This document shows, one piece after another, positions 23,827-33,098 of a stretch of DNA of 64,000 nucleotides. The notes beneath the pieces were generated by a model. That model worked only from the letters and a program-made list of their open reading frames with translations, ran no database searches and was not told the origin of the DNA. The translations under genes and the position numbers were made by a program. The number at the start of each line of letters is the position of its first letter. The first letter of the stretch is position 1. Source of the DNA: a virus; IMG/VR virus record IMGVR_UViG_3300043444_000221, positions 1 through 64,000 of that record. One strand, given 5' to 3'.

Positions 23827-24678
23827 ATGTACAATACTAGAACTCCAATGTATGAGAATTCAAATTTTAGAACTAATCCTTTTAAGAAAAATCCAAATAC
23901 TTCTCATACATATAAAACAAACATTGTCTTTGGCTCAATGCCAATAGGCAATCCAATGGACATATCTGTGAATGCTCTAGAGCACATTATGGAAGCTGAT
24001 ATTCTATTGGTAGAGTCTCACAGAGAGTTTAGCAGATACATCACAATGCTAAATAATCTTGAGGTTAGAACTCATATTGATCTGCAGCCTGGTGCAGTTA
24101 TATACCAGTACCAGTTTGAATCAGAGCCAGGGAAAAATGATGAAATAAATTCAATCCTTATTCACGAGGCAACTGTTAATAATAAAAAAGTATTTGTTGT
24201 TTCTGATGAAGGGCAGTCAGTATTCCTTGAACCAACCCAATCTCTTAAGTATAAGATGATTGAAAGCAATATTCCATATACAGTATTGCCAGGACCATTT
24301 TCTGGAATTCAGTCTGTAGTGTCATCAGACTTTTTTATAAGACAGTTTTTCTTTGGAGAAAGCTTGCCAAGCATAAGTCAGCAGGGCAGAGTTGATACAT
24401 ATAAAAGAATAATTGCTGCTGGAGTTCCAGCAATCTTTTTGCTTACTGCTGAAGATTCAAAGTGGTGCGTTGAAGAGCTAAAGCAGTTCTTCGGTGCTGA
24501 CTGGACTGCAGACTTTCAGATGAGTCTTACCATGGAAAATGAAACCCATGTGTATGGAACGTTAGATGAAATACTTAACTATATAGATAGTGTTGATTAT
24601 CTTTTTAAGAATGAAAATCAGGAAAAGAAATTTGCTATTTTGCTATTTCCTAATAAAAATATTGAACACACATATTGA
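23827..24678 (+). CDS. Divergent RsmI-like (tetrapyrrole methylase fold) methyltransferase
   Basis: PIGNPMDIS..ALE....D...E..R, VSDEG, LPGP. Confidence 0.75.
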   Translation: MYNTRTPMYENSNFRTNPFKKNPNTSHTYKTNIVFGSMPIGNPMDISVNALEHIMEADILLVESHREFSRYITMLNNLEVRTHIDLQPGAVIYQYQFESEPGKNDEINSILIHEATVNNKKVFVVSDEGQSVFLEPTQSLKYKMIESNIPYTVLPGPFSGIQSVVSSDFFIRQFFFGESLPSISQQGRVDTYKRIIAAGVPAIFLLTAEDSKWCVEELKQFFGADWTADFQMSLTMENETHVYGTLDEILNYIDSVDYLFKNENQEKKFAILLFPNKNIEHTY

Positions 24679-24709
24679 CAAAATCTCAGCTAGGTGGTAT
24701 ATTTAATAC

Positions 24710-24889
24710 ATGACAGATAAAAACTTTGATGAGCTATACGATTGGCTCCAGCACGGAATTGAAAAAGGTTGGGTAACAGAACCATTCTGCTACACACATG
24801 ATGGTGATCCATACATGACAGAAGAAGAAGAGCAAGAGTGGGAAGATGGAGGAGACCCATGTTGTCCCGTAGTAAAACTTATTCAGTAG
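24710..24889 (+). CDS. Small acidic hypothetical protein (59 aa, not in ORF track)
   Basis: Leaderless after TTGACA-N17-TATATT; C..HDG...DPCC. Confidence 0.7.
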   Translation: MTDKNFDELYDWLQHGIEKGWVTEPFCYTHDGDPYMTEEEEQEWEDGGDPCCPVVKLIQ

Positions 24890-25749
24890 GAATATCTTTA
24901 TCAGTTGCTGCATCAATATTTGCTGCAAGTCCTGCACATGCAATCTATGAAGGCTATGATGCAAATGGAGACAAGCTTGTGTCAGCAACATACATGGGGA
25001 ATGGTTGTTCAGTAGCACCAATTGCTAAGCGACTATTGGTTATGGCTCAGCATTGCCCAGCTATCCCAAATCAAACCAAGTATGTATATCCTGGTGAACC
25101 TGCAAACTCTAATAATACAGTAACTGCACTAAAAACTTTTGTTCCACAGGGAGAGTTTAAGGGTGGCCGTGAATACGACATCATGATTGTTGTGGTTGAT
25201 AAGGATCTTCCATTATCAGACAATCTGCTGATTGCAACTGAGCAGGATGTGCAAAGATTTATTGCAAACAATAATGAGATAGTTACATATGGATTTGGTC
25301 TGACAGAGTCAAAGTCTTCATCTACCACTGCAAAAAAGGCAGTCTTTAAAATGTTTGAGGGCATAGATGGGGCAGTTTCTAGTTCATATAAGTACTCACT
25401 CTCTCTGACTCCAGTTAATGGTAAGCAAGAAGTATGTAATGGAGACTCAGGTGGACCATCATATGTGTTTGACTCTGACAAGATCTACTACATTGGTGCA
25501 ACTATTGCTTCAAATAAAATGAATGGATGTGGATCAGATCAACATCTTGCACCAATTGCAAGAGTACAAACTCTATATCCATTTCTAGATATTTTTAAAA
25601 ATGCTAGTGATTGGGTGTTGCAAACTCAGCCGAAATCTGATACAATAGTAGAACCAAAGCAGGAAACAATTACTGCGGTGGCAAAACCTGTAGTTAAAAA
25701 GAAGGTTGTAATTAAGAAACCTGTCAAGAAAACTACAAAGAAAAAATAG
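24859..25749 (+). CDS. Secreted trypsin-like serine protease
   Basis: Signal peptide ending PAHA; AQHC, DIM, GDSGGP triad; Lys-rich tail. Confidence 0.88.
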   Translation: MLSRSKTYSVGISLSVAASIFAASPAHAIYEGYDANGDKLVSATYMGNGCSVAPIAKRLLVMAQHCPAIPNQTKYVYPGEPANSNNTVTALKTFVPQGEFKGGREYDIMIVVVDKDLPLSDNLLIATEQDVQRFIANNNEIVTYGFGLTESKSSSTTAKKAVFKMFEGIDGAVSSSYKYSLSLTPVNGKQEVCNGDSGGPSYVFDSDKIYYIGATIASNKMNGCGSDQHLAPIARVQTLYPFLDIFKNASDWVLQTQPKSDTIVEPKQETITAVAKPVVKKKVVIKKPVKKTTKKK

Positions 25750-25755
25750 AATAAT

Positions 25756-25828
25756 TGCCCTATAGCTCAGCTGGCAGAGCGTCCGACTGTTAATCGGCAG
25801 GTCCCTGGTTCGATCCCAGGTGGGGCAG
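25756..25828 (+). tRNA. tRNA-Asn(GTT)
   Basis: Cloverleaf; TGCCCTA/TGGGGCA acceptor stem; GTTCGATC. Confidence 0.93.
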
Positions 25829-25832
25829 CAAA

Positions 25833-26014
25833 CACATTGACGACGGTTGATGTGGAGTATGACCGAATAATTCCCAAAGTCAAATGGGGGGAATAAGGTA
25901 CTATCGGATCTTAGCGGATCGTCTTAGCGGACAAACGGTAGGTGTGCTCAAAAGCGGTACTTGATGAACCGTATTGACTAGGCACTGGTGGTAAAAGGCA
26001 ATCCACCTACTCAC
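25833..26014 (+). ncRNA. Candidate structured ncRNA A (between tRNAs)
   Basis: Several nested helices, tandem TTAGCG-loop hairpins, possible pseudoknot; no ORF. Confidence 0.65.
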
Positions 26015-26018
26015 TCTT

Positions 26019-26092
26019 GGTCCTGTAGCTCAGTTGGTTAGAGCACTACCCTGTCACGGTAGGGGTCGCCAGTTCAAGTCTGGTCAGGATCG
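26019..26092 (+). tRNA. tRNA-Asp(GTC)
   Basis: Cloverleaf; CTACC-CTGTCAC-GGTAG anticodon arm. Confidence 0.93.
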
Positions 26093-26093
26093 C

Positions 26094-26260
26094 TCAGAAG
26101 CATAAGTCTGAACAACTTATGTGGAGATTGTTATACTGAAATCTGCACCGTGGACGCATCATACGAAGGGGTTCAGCCCGATGGAGATTGCTCTGCTAAT
26201 CCACTAGGTATAACAGCCAATGGGAATAGTTCCTTAACCAAAAGGTGACCACGATTGGCA
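26094..26260 (+). ncRNA. Candidate structured ncRNA B (between tRNAs, pseudoknotted)
   Basis: Compact H-type pseudoknot plus further helices; no ORF. Confidence 0.6.
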
Positions 26261-26263
26261 AAT

Positions 26264-26338
26264 GCCTTCTTAGCTCAGTGGTAGAGCAACGCACTTGTAA
26301 TGCGTAGGTCGTCAGTTCAATCCTGACAGAAGGCTCCA
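26264..26338 (+). tRNA. tRNA-Thr(TGT)
   Basis: Cloverleaf with encoded CCA. Confidence 0.95.
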
Positions 26339-26339
26339 T

Positions 26340-26411
26340 GGCCCCATCGTCTATCGGTTAGGACTTCAGATTTTCAATCTGGCAAGACGGGTTCGATTCC
26401 CGTTGGGGCTG
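26340..26411 (+). tRNA. tRNA-Glu(TTC)
   Basis: Cloverleaf; TCAGA-TTTTCAA-TCTGG anticodon arm. Confidence 0.9.
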
Positions 26412-26432
26412 CTATAATAGTATTGGAAAGGT

Positions 26433-27125
26433 TTGGATATGGAAAAGCCTCCTATTATAACGCATGACATCAATAATTTTGAGATCTGGTATGAAACCAA
26501 AGATCCAAACTTTACTGAACTATCAAGACGATCAAACATCCCAATGAATTGGATGTCATATCAAGTGGTCCTATCTGGAGATAACAAGGACTCAATCATT
26601 AAGCCTATAAATAGGTATGTTGAAAGACTAGTTCCGCCACCAAAGCTAATAAGTATTAAAGATAATATTGTTAGACTTCGTCAGGGCAACCACGCAGAAA
26701 TGTTTTTGCTAGAAAAAGAAGACGGAGAGTTTTATAATGTTGATCGTCCGTGGCAAAGACAATACTATAATACTGCCCTAGACCTTGAAGCAGAAGACTG
26801 CTTTCCTGGAACTTTTAAATTCTATGTCCCATGGTTTATTGACGAAAACATTCCAGTGTATTTTCATCCATCAGAAGAAGAAAGCCCATTCTACACGTTT
26901 CCAACAATGGCTCCATATCACAAAGTACCGTCAGACGTAAGATTTGTTGAGCCACACTTTGTTCCATTTAGATTTAAGAGAGTTGGCTCTCATATGATCA
27001 ACGATAAGTTTGGTAAAATACCAAGACAGTCTGCAATGTATGACATGGTTTTCTATGCAGATGATATAATAATAGAAAGAGTAAAGGAATTCTATGACAA
27101 ACATAATTCAGTTTTATCCGCTTAA
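26433..27125 (+). CDS. Hypothetical protein
   Basis: Long ORF heading the operon; start uncertain. Confidence 0.7.
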   Translation: MDMEKPPIITHDINNFEIWYETKDPNFTELSRRSNIPMNWMSYQVVLSGDNKDSIIKPINRYVERLVPPPKLISIKDNIVRLRQGNHAEMFLLEKEDGEFYNVDRPWQRQYYNTALDLEAEDCFPGTFKFYVPWFIDENIPVYFHPSEEESPFYTFPTMAPYHKVPSDVRFVEPHFVPFRFKRVGSHMINDKFGKIPRQSAMYDMVFYADDIIIERVKEFYDKHNSVLSA

Positions 27126-27816
27126 TGAAGACGTGCCTGCATTTGTGCCAGAACCACAGCCTGCATCTAGAAATCTTCCACAGTGGTATAAGGATACACC
27201 AGGGTCAATTGACTCAGGAGAAATGATGGCTCAGATTGGCCAGCCTGCAAGCACGGTAAAGAAGTGTATGCCAATCTTTGATGCAATAACAGCAGGATAT
27301 ATTCTAAGACTACCAATGGATGTCTTTGTAGATGCTACTGGAGAAAAGCTGACCTATCAGATTCCACTTGCTATGACAAAGTTCAAGGGTGACATGTTCG
27401 CTACACATGAGCGTAGACAGTATGAAAAGTATCCATATGGGGATAGATGGCACCAAGACCTTCTTCGCATTATGCCATTTTGGATTATCAAAACACCAAA
27501 GGGGTTTAGTACACTAATTACACAGCCATTCCATGGAGACAACTCTCCGCTATACGCAGTAACTGGATTGGTTGATACAGATGGATTTGGAACTGATGGA
27601 CACTTCTCATTTTGGGTTGAGAAGGGTTTCAAGGGTACAATTCCACAGGGCACTCCAATTGCACAACTAATTCCATTCAGACGTGAGGACTGGAAGATGG
27701 AGCTAGAAACATATGAAGAAACTAAGAAAGATATTCTTCCACAACGCTTTAATCTTCGCAGCACATTCAGTAATGGATACAAGAATAAGTTTAGAAGCCG
27801 TAAAGAATATAAGTAA
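27094..27816 (+). CDS. Conserved phage protein (DUF6065-like), paralog 1
   Basis: KKCMPIFDAITAGY...GLVDTD...GTPIAQLIPFRR. Confidence 0.7.
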   Translation: MTNIIQFYPLNEDVPAFVPEPQPASRNLPQWYKDTPGSIDSGEMMAQIGQPASTVKKCMPIFDAITAGYILRLPMDVFVDATGEKLTYQIPLAMTKFKGDMFATHERRQYEKYPYGDRWHQDLLRIMPFWIIKTPKGFSTLITQPFHGDNSPLYAVTGLVDTDGFGTDGHFSFWVEKGFKGTIPQGTPIAQLIPFRREDWKMELETYEETKKDILPQRFNLRSTFSNGYKNKFRSRKEYK

Positions 27817-28589
27817 TGGATAATCCGCTAAAGATTACATTCATACCAGCCAACAGAGACGCTGAGCAGAGTGGTGCAATGTCTGCACCTGAGCCAGCAG
27901 CAAGACATATACCAGAGTGGTACAGGTCATTGGCTAGGCATGACCTATCAAATGATGACATTACTCTGAGGCCAGAAAATCATATTGGCACTGATGGTGC
28001 TCAGGTTTCAACTAAGATGTGTATGCCATTCTTTGACGCAATTACGGCAGGGTATCAGTATTGCTTAGAGGATGATCTTTATGTGGATATGGATGAAAAT
28101 GGTCATCCAATTATGCACTGGAAGGGCAACGTTATGTTGGTAGATACAAGACCAATATTTGATGTACCACTTCCAGATAATTGTCACCCAATACATTTTG
28201 GATGGAGAATGAACTGGTTTTATGAAACTCCACCTGGATATTCTGTACTGATTACACACCCAATGAACAGGCACGACCTTCCGTTTTATACTCTTTCTGG
28301 AATTGTTGATGCTGATATTTGGGGACTGCCAGTGTTTACAGCTTTCTTCTTGAAACGTAATTTCCGTGGGGTAATTCCAAAGGGCACACCAATCTTCCAG
28401 ATGATTCCATTTAAAAGAGATAACTGGGAGCTTGAGGTTGATAGCCGTCAAGATACGATAGATGAGCATTGGTTCCGTGGAGAAAACAGAAGATCCATGC
28501 TATATGGATATTACAAGAAGACCGCATGGAGAAAAAAGCTATTTGGGATTTTAGGTAAAAAAGAAAAAGAGGTGAGGCATGATGATTAA
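27816..28589 (+). CDS. Conserved phage protein (DUF6065-like), paralog 2
   Basis: KMCMPFFDAITAGY...GIVDAD...GTPIFQMIPFKR. Confidence 0.7.
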   Translation: MDNPLKITFIPANRDAEQSGAMSAPEPAARHIPEWYRSLARHDLSNDDITLRPENHIGTDGAQVSTKMCMPFFDAITAGYQYCLEDDLYVDMDENGHPIMHWKGNVMLVDTRPIFDVPLPDNCHPIHFGWRMNWFYETPPGYSVLITHPMNRHDLPFYTLSGIVDADIWGLPVFTAFFLKRNFRGVIPKGTPIFQMIPFKRDNWELEVDSRQDTIDEHWFRGENRRSMLYGYYKKTAWRKKLFGILGKKEKEVRHDD

Positions 28590-29445
28590 TGAGCATATCT
28601 CTATTATTGTTATTGCCTACAAGGATAAAAATCTAGCAGACTTTGTTTCATCTATAAAGAAGAATACAAGGTCTCATCACTCAATAGAAGTTTTTGATCA
28701 GCATCCCATTGACCACCGTAAAGAATTTGAGGGTATCGAAGAATGCTCGTATGATCATAAAATATGGGATGATATTGCTGGACCAACGATTAAGCGTACA
28801 GAGAAGATATCAAATAGAATGCATAATGCAACACACATATGCGTAGTGACACCAGACTCTGTTCTTGCCCCAGGATGGGATGTTGAGTTATTAAAGCTAT
28901 CTAGCAAAAATAAAGCTGTGTTTTCTGGTAATGGCAAGGCCATTGTTTCAAATAAGGACCTATTTTCATTAAACGTAGAATATCTTCCATTTAACGAAAG
29001 CATTAAGAATCAATTTGTTACCAAGAACTTTATCTTTGCTGAATCACAGGCATTCCGTAATATACGGATGCCAGATTTTTTAAAGTATGCTGGAGAAGAT
29101 GAGTATTGGACATTAGCTTTTATGTCTCAGGGATATGACATATACTCTGTTCCCACACATATTTATCATGATACAAAATATCGCTCAATAGAAAATACAT
29201 ACCACACCTTCTCTGCAGAACACAACTACAACATTGTGGTAGATCTAATGCATAAGGTTAATCTGGAAGAGTATAAGATTTCAGTGGCAGCAGTGGATAA
29301 CTTTTTTGAGTTTCACAAAATAGATCCAAGCAGTATCAAAAAGCTTCCATATGCTACCAACGATGTATCATACAATCCGTATAACCTACAGATGCACGAT
29401 GTTGATGCACGAAGGTTTATAGCAGGCACAAAAGCAGTCTATTAG
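28579..29445 (+). CDS. GT60-like glycosyltransferase (degenerate)
   Basis: IIVIAYKD, GWD..L, NFIFA, GEDE, GYDIY; lacks DSH. Confidence 0.6.
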   Translation: MMINEHISIIVIAYKDKNLADFVSSIKKNTRSHHSIEVFDQHPIDHRKEFEGIEECSYDHKIWDDIAGPTIKRTEKISNRMHNATHICVVTPDSVLAPGWDVELLKLSSKNKAVFSGNGKAIVSNKDLFSLNVEYLPFNESIKNQFVTKNFIFAESQAFRNIRMPDFLKYAGEDEYWTLAFMSQGYDIYSVPTHIYHDTKYRSIENTYHTFSAEHNYNIVVDLMHKVNLEEYKISVAAVDNFFEFHKIDPSSIKKLPYATNDVSYNPYNLQMHDVDARRFIAGTKAVY

Positions 29446-29464
29446 AATAGGGTATAATATAATC

Positions 29465-30064
29465 ATGCACAGTATTAAAGTCATTAATGATTTCGTAGAG
29501 CCAGCAGATGCTCAATTGTATATGGATGAGGCTAGGACTCCTAGCAATGTAGAGCCGTTCCCAGACTACTATAAAGATCGCTTTGGTGGAACTGCTCTGC
29601 CATATAATGAAAACACTAGATACCTAAACAAAAAGTATGGCAGAAAAGCTGCTGAACTTGTCCAAGAGCTATACGGATTTGTTAATCCAGTTTATGTTTA
29701 TAAAGTTTTTATGAATCATACAACAAAGCCAGGATACTCTGGACCAATCCATACAGACTCAGTTGACCCTGAGCCATGGATTGAGTGGAGTGCTGTTCTG
29801 TATGTTAATGATGACTTTGAGGGTGCTAAGCTCCACTTTCCAAATCAGGCTTTTGTGTATGACCCAGCACCACGTGACGCTGTATTTTTCCCATCAGCAG
29901 GTGCGGAATACATGCACGGCATCTCTGAGATGAAGTCTGGTGAAAGATTTTCTATAGTAGTATGCTTGACTAGCAAACCACAGTATGCTGATCCAGACAT
30001 GCTGGAGCCAGGGGATGATATGAATTATAGGGCGACAATGTATGATATGGAGGCAAATAGTTGA
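29465..30064 (+). CDS. Prolyl-4-hydroxylase-like 2OG-Fe(II) oxygenase
   Basis: HTD, SAVLYVNDDFEG, FFPS, MHG, GERF. Confidence 0.88.
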   Translation: MHSIKVINDFVEPADAQLYMDEARTPSNVEPFPDYYKDRFGGTALPYNENTRYLNKKYGRKAAELVQELYGFVNPVYVYKVFMNHTTKPGYSGPIHTDSVDPEPWIEWSAVLYVNDDFEGAKLHFPNQAFVYDPAPRDAVFFPSAGAEYMHGISEMKSGERFSIVVCLTSKPQYADPDMLEPGDDMNYRATMYDMEANS

Positions 30065-30711
30065 AGCATGAAATATTAGACTTGGGTCTAGTTTATTACA
30101 CAGATGTTTTTGACAGCCACAAAGATCTTGTAGCAAAGATAGAGTCTATGATGGACAGGATTGCTAGGCATGAGCATGGTAGCAATGAGATTCAGGCAGA
30201 GGACTGGCAGCCTTGGTGGGATGATCACATGGACAAGCCATTCAACTATAAAAGACCAATCTTTAGAAAAGACTCTATTTCTCCAGATGGACACTATGCT
30301 AAAGAGCTTTTGGAAATCTCTGAAATTGTTTATACCGCACTAGATGCAGCATTTGAACACTACGCATCTGAGCTGTATCCATTTGCAAAAAACAATATTA
30401 AGTCAGAAGAGTTTGGTGATGGCATACTAAAGTACGTTGACAGTGGACACCTGCCAGCTCATCATGACCATGGTGTGAGCAGTCGTGTGCTTTCAGCAGT
30501 CATTTATTTAAACGACGACTATGATGGTGGCGAGATTGAATTCCAGCAATCAGGAGTAAAAATCAAGCCAAAAGCTGGAAGTATTATATTCTTCCCATCA
30601 AACTTTTTATATATCCATGAGGTTATGCCAGTTTCAAATGGTACAAGGTATGCAATACCACACTGGTATCACAATATGACCAAGCCAATTTTGTCGAATG
30701 GAAGCGAATGA
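30061..30711 (+). CDS. Prolyl-4-hydroxylase-like 2OG-Fe(II) oxygenase
   Basis: HHD, SAVIYLNDDYDGGE, FFPSN, HEV, GTRY. Confidence 0.9.
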   Translation: MKHEILDLGLVYYTDVFDSHKDLVAKIESMMDRIARHEHGSNEIQAEDWQPWWDDHMDKPFNYKRPIFRKDSISPDGHYAKELLEISEIVYTALDAAFEHYASELYPFAKNNIKSEEFGDGILKYVDSGHLPAHHDHGVSSRVLSAVIYLNDDYDGGEIEFQQSGVKIKPKAGSIIFFPSNFLYIHEVMPVSNGTRYAIPHWYHNMTKPILSNGSE

Positions 30712-30794
30712 AAAGAATAATATTTTTAATTAAGTTTAAGCTTTGGAAGATTAAGAATCGCAAAAAGCTAAAGAAGAAAGAATATATTTATTAA
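30708..30794 (+). CDS. 28-aa basic peptide (not in ORF track)
   Basis: MKRIIFLIKFKLWKIKNRKKLKKKEYIY; ATGA and TAATG overlaps with its neighbours. Confidence 0.55.
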   Translation: MKRIIFLIKFKLWKIKNRKKLKKKEYIY

Positions 30795-31696
30795 TGTCAG
30801 TAGATATTGGTAGCAACATTAATTTTGGACACATCGTAAACGGTAGTGTCATGGAATTCTCAACACAATTTGGATATAGTGGGTGGACAAAGACTGGCCC
30901 TGGACCAGGACTTGGTAAGCATAACTGGTATGACCAAATTGACTTATATATAAATTCACATGGATTTAGGTGTGATGAATTTGTAGAAAAAGATAAGCAT
31001 GATGGCATGCACCTTTTGTTTGCAGGATGTTCTGTAACTTGGGGAGATGCTACAAAGAGCAAAGATCTTTGGGCAAAAAGGGTATATGACAAAATATCTT
31101 CAGTTCACAAGACTAGCGGATACTTTAATATAGGTTTCCCAGGGATGAGCATTATACAAGAAATATTCTGGATCATAAAGTATTGTAAAGCTTTTGGGAA
31201 CCCAGACTTTATATTTTTTCTTATGCCAAATGTTGGCAGATTTGTTAATGTTGGCTACATTGGCGGTGGAGATAGTCCAGTACTTGGAAGCTCATTGATG
31301 GATACAGAAAGTAAAGACTTTGATACAAACTCTTTATTGTTAGCAGCCTACCTAACATTTGAGGCCTACCTAATGCTTGATGAATATTGCAAGGCATCAG
31401 GGATAACCCTAATATCCAGTACATGGTCTGATCATCCAAATGAAAGAATAAACCACGGTAACTCGTTTATAAACCCAACAGCTAGTTTGCTAAAGGGTAA
31501 GTTTGACACATTCTTTGACTTTATGCAAGATGGTGTTGACAAATTGGAATGGATGTATGAGTATATAGTTAAAAATCCAGAAGCAACATTAAGAGCAATT
31601 GATGATATACATCCAGGCTCAGCAGAACATGCGTACTTTGCTACCAGAATGCTAGACAGATACAGAGAGATAACAAGTGAAGATATTAGGCTTTAA
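30794..31696 (+). CDS. SGNH/GDSL-like hydrolase or acyltransferase
   Basis: FAGCSVTWG, NIGFPG, DDIHPG. Confidence 0.7.
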   Translation: MSVDIGSNINFGHIVNGSVMEFSTQFGYSGWTKTGPGPGLGKHNWYDQIDLYINSHGFRCDEFVEKDKHDGMHLLFAGCSVTWGDATKSKDLWAKRVYDKISSVHKTSGYFNIGFPGMSIIQEIFWIIKYCKAFGNPDFIFFLMPNVGRFVNVGYIGGGDSPVLGSSLMDTESKDFDTNSLLLAAYLTFEAYLMLDEYCKASGITLISSTWSDHPNERINHGNSFINPTASLLKGKFDTFFDFMQDGVDKLEWMYEYIVKNPEATLRAIDDIHPGSAEHAYFATRMLDRYREITSEDIRL

Positions 31697-33095
31697 CGAA
31701 ACTTCTCATGATGCAGCTGTTGCTGTTGTTAAAAATGGAATGATTCTATTTGCAGGGCATGCAGAACGGTATAGTAAAGAAAAGAATGACTGGTACACAA
31801 ACGATGATTTGTGGAATGATGCACTTAGATGGGGAAAGCCAGACGCAATAGCTTACTACGAAAAGCCATGGCTAAAGAAATTTAGGCTTTGGAAAAATGG
31901 TGGGGCAGCGGACTGGAAGCCCAAACACAGATATGATGTATCATTTAAGCACCACTACTCTCACGCATGTGCTGGATACTACACAAGTACATTTGATAAA
32001 GCAGCAATAGTTGTCCTTGATGCAATGGGAGAATTTGCAACATCTACCGTCTGGTCTGGTGATGGCGAAGAGATTAAGCTTGTCAAAGAAATAAAGTATC
32101 CACTTAGCTTTGGATTATTCTATACAGCATTTACAAAACTTATCGGACTCAAGCCAAACGAACATGAGTATATCCTTATGGGTATGGCAGGGTATGGAGA
32201 TCCAGCGAGATACTTTAAAAAGGTATCTGAGTATTTCCCATACACTGGTAAGCAGAAGTACAACTACCACAAGGGCATTACTGATTGGAATGAGCCAATT
32301 GATGAGCAAGCTAAATTTGATATAGCTGCTGCAGTTCAGAGAGTTTATGAATATAGGCTGTGGGACTTTATGTCTCAGGTAAGAAATGAATTACTGCCAA
32401 ATTATGGCAACCTTGTTTTTATGGGTGGTTGTGCATTGAATGCATCTGCAAATACAATGTTGTGGAAGATATTTGATAACATTTGGATTATGCCAAATCC
32501 AGGGGATGCTGGCAGTTCTTTGGGGGCTGCCCTTGCACTTCGTGGAAAGCATGTAAGGTGGGAAGGCCCATACCTTGGGTACGATCTTGGTAATGAGTAT
32601 CCAGTAGACGCAATCTTTAATGAAATAATGACAAACAAAGTATGTGCAGTAGCTGCAGGAAGAGCAGAGTTTGGTCCACGTGCACTTGGTAATAGAAGCA
32701 TCTTGGCAGACCCAAGAGATCCAGACATCAAGGATAAGGTTAATAGAATAAAGCAGCGTGAACTCTTTAGGCCATTTGCCCCAGTGGTTATGGCTGAGCA
32801 TGCATCTGAATGGTTTGATATGAATTATGAATCTCCATATATGCAGTACACTCCAAAGTGTCTAAAGCCTGAAATCATTCCATCAGTTGTACACGTAGAT
32901 GGAACTTCCAGAGTTCAGACAGTTACAAGAGAACAGCATCCAGGACTATATGCAGTCCTAGAAAAGTTCTACAATGAAACTGGTGTTCCAGTATTGCTTA
33001 ATACTAGTCTGAATGTTAAGGGGCAGCCATTACTTAACGATGAAGATGACATTAAGCTTTGGGAAGAAACCTATAATACTAAGATTGTGAGATAA
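31677..33095 (+). CDS. Carbamoyltransferase (NodU/CmcH family)
   Basis: HDAA, HHYSHA, MGMAGYG, GGCALN, GDAG, EFGPRALGNRS, RPFAP, NTSLN. Confidence 0.95.
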   Translation: MKILGFNETSHDAAVAVVKNGMILFAGHAERYSKEKNDWYTNDDLWNDALRWGKPDAIAYYEKPWLKKFRLWKNGGAADWKPKHRYDVSFKHHYSHACAGYYTSTFDKAAIVVLDAMGEFATSTVWSGDGEEIKLVKEIKYPLSFGLFYTAFTKLIGLKPNEHEYILMGMAGYGDPARYFKKVSEYFPYTGKQKYNYHKGITDWNEPIDEQAKFDIAAAVQRVYEYRLWDFMSQVRNELLPNYGNLVFMGGCALNASANTMLWKIFDNIWIMPNPGDAGSSLGAALALRGKHVRWEGPYLGYDLGNEYPVDAIFNEIMTNKVCAVAAGRAEFGPRALGNRSILADPRDPDIKDKVNRIKQRELFRPFAPVVMAEHASEWFDMNYESPYMQYTPKCLKPEIIPSVVHVDGTSRVQTVTREQHPGLYAVLEKFYNETGVPVLLNTSLNVKGQPLLNDEDDIKLWEETYNTKIVR

Positions 33096-33098
33096 GTC

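Noticed and set aside
25830-26262. tmRNA, RNase P RNA or hammerhead identity for the inter-tRNA segments
   Set aside because: No tRNA-like tmRNA ends, RNase P P4 signature or CUGANGA/GAAA core found
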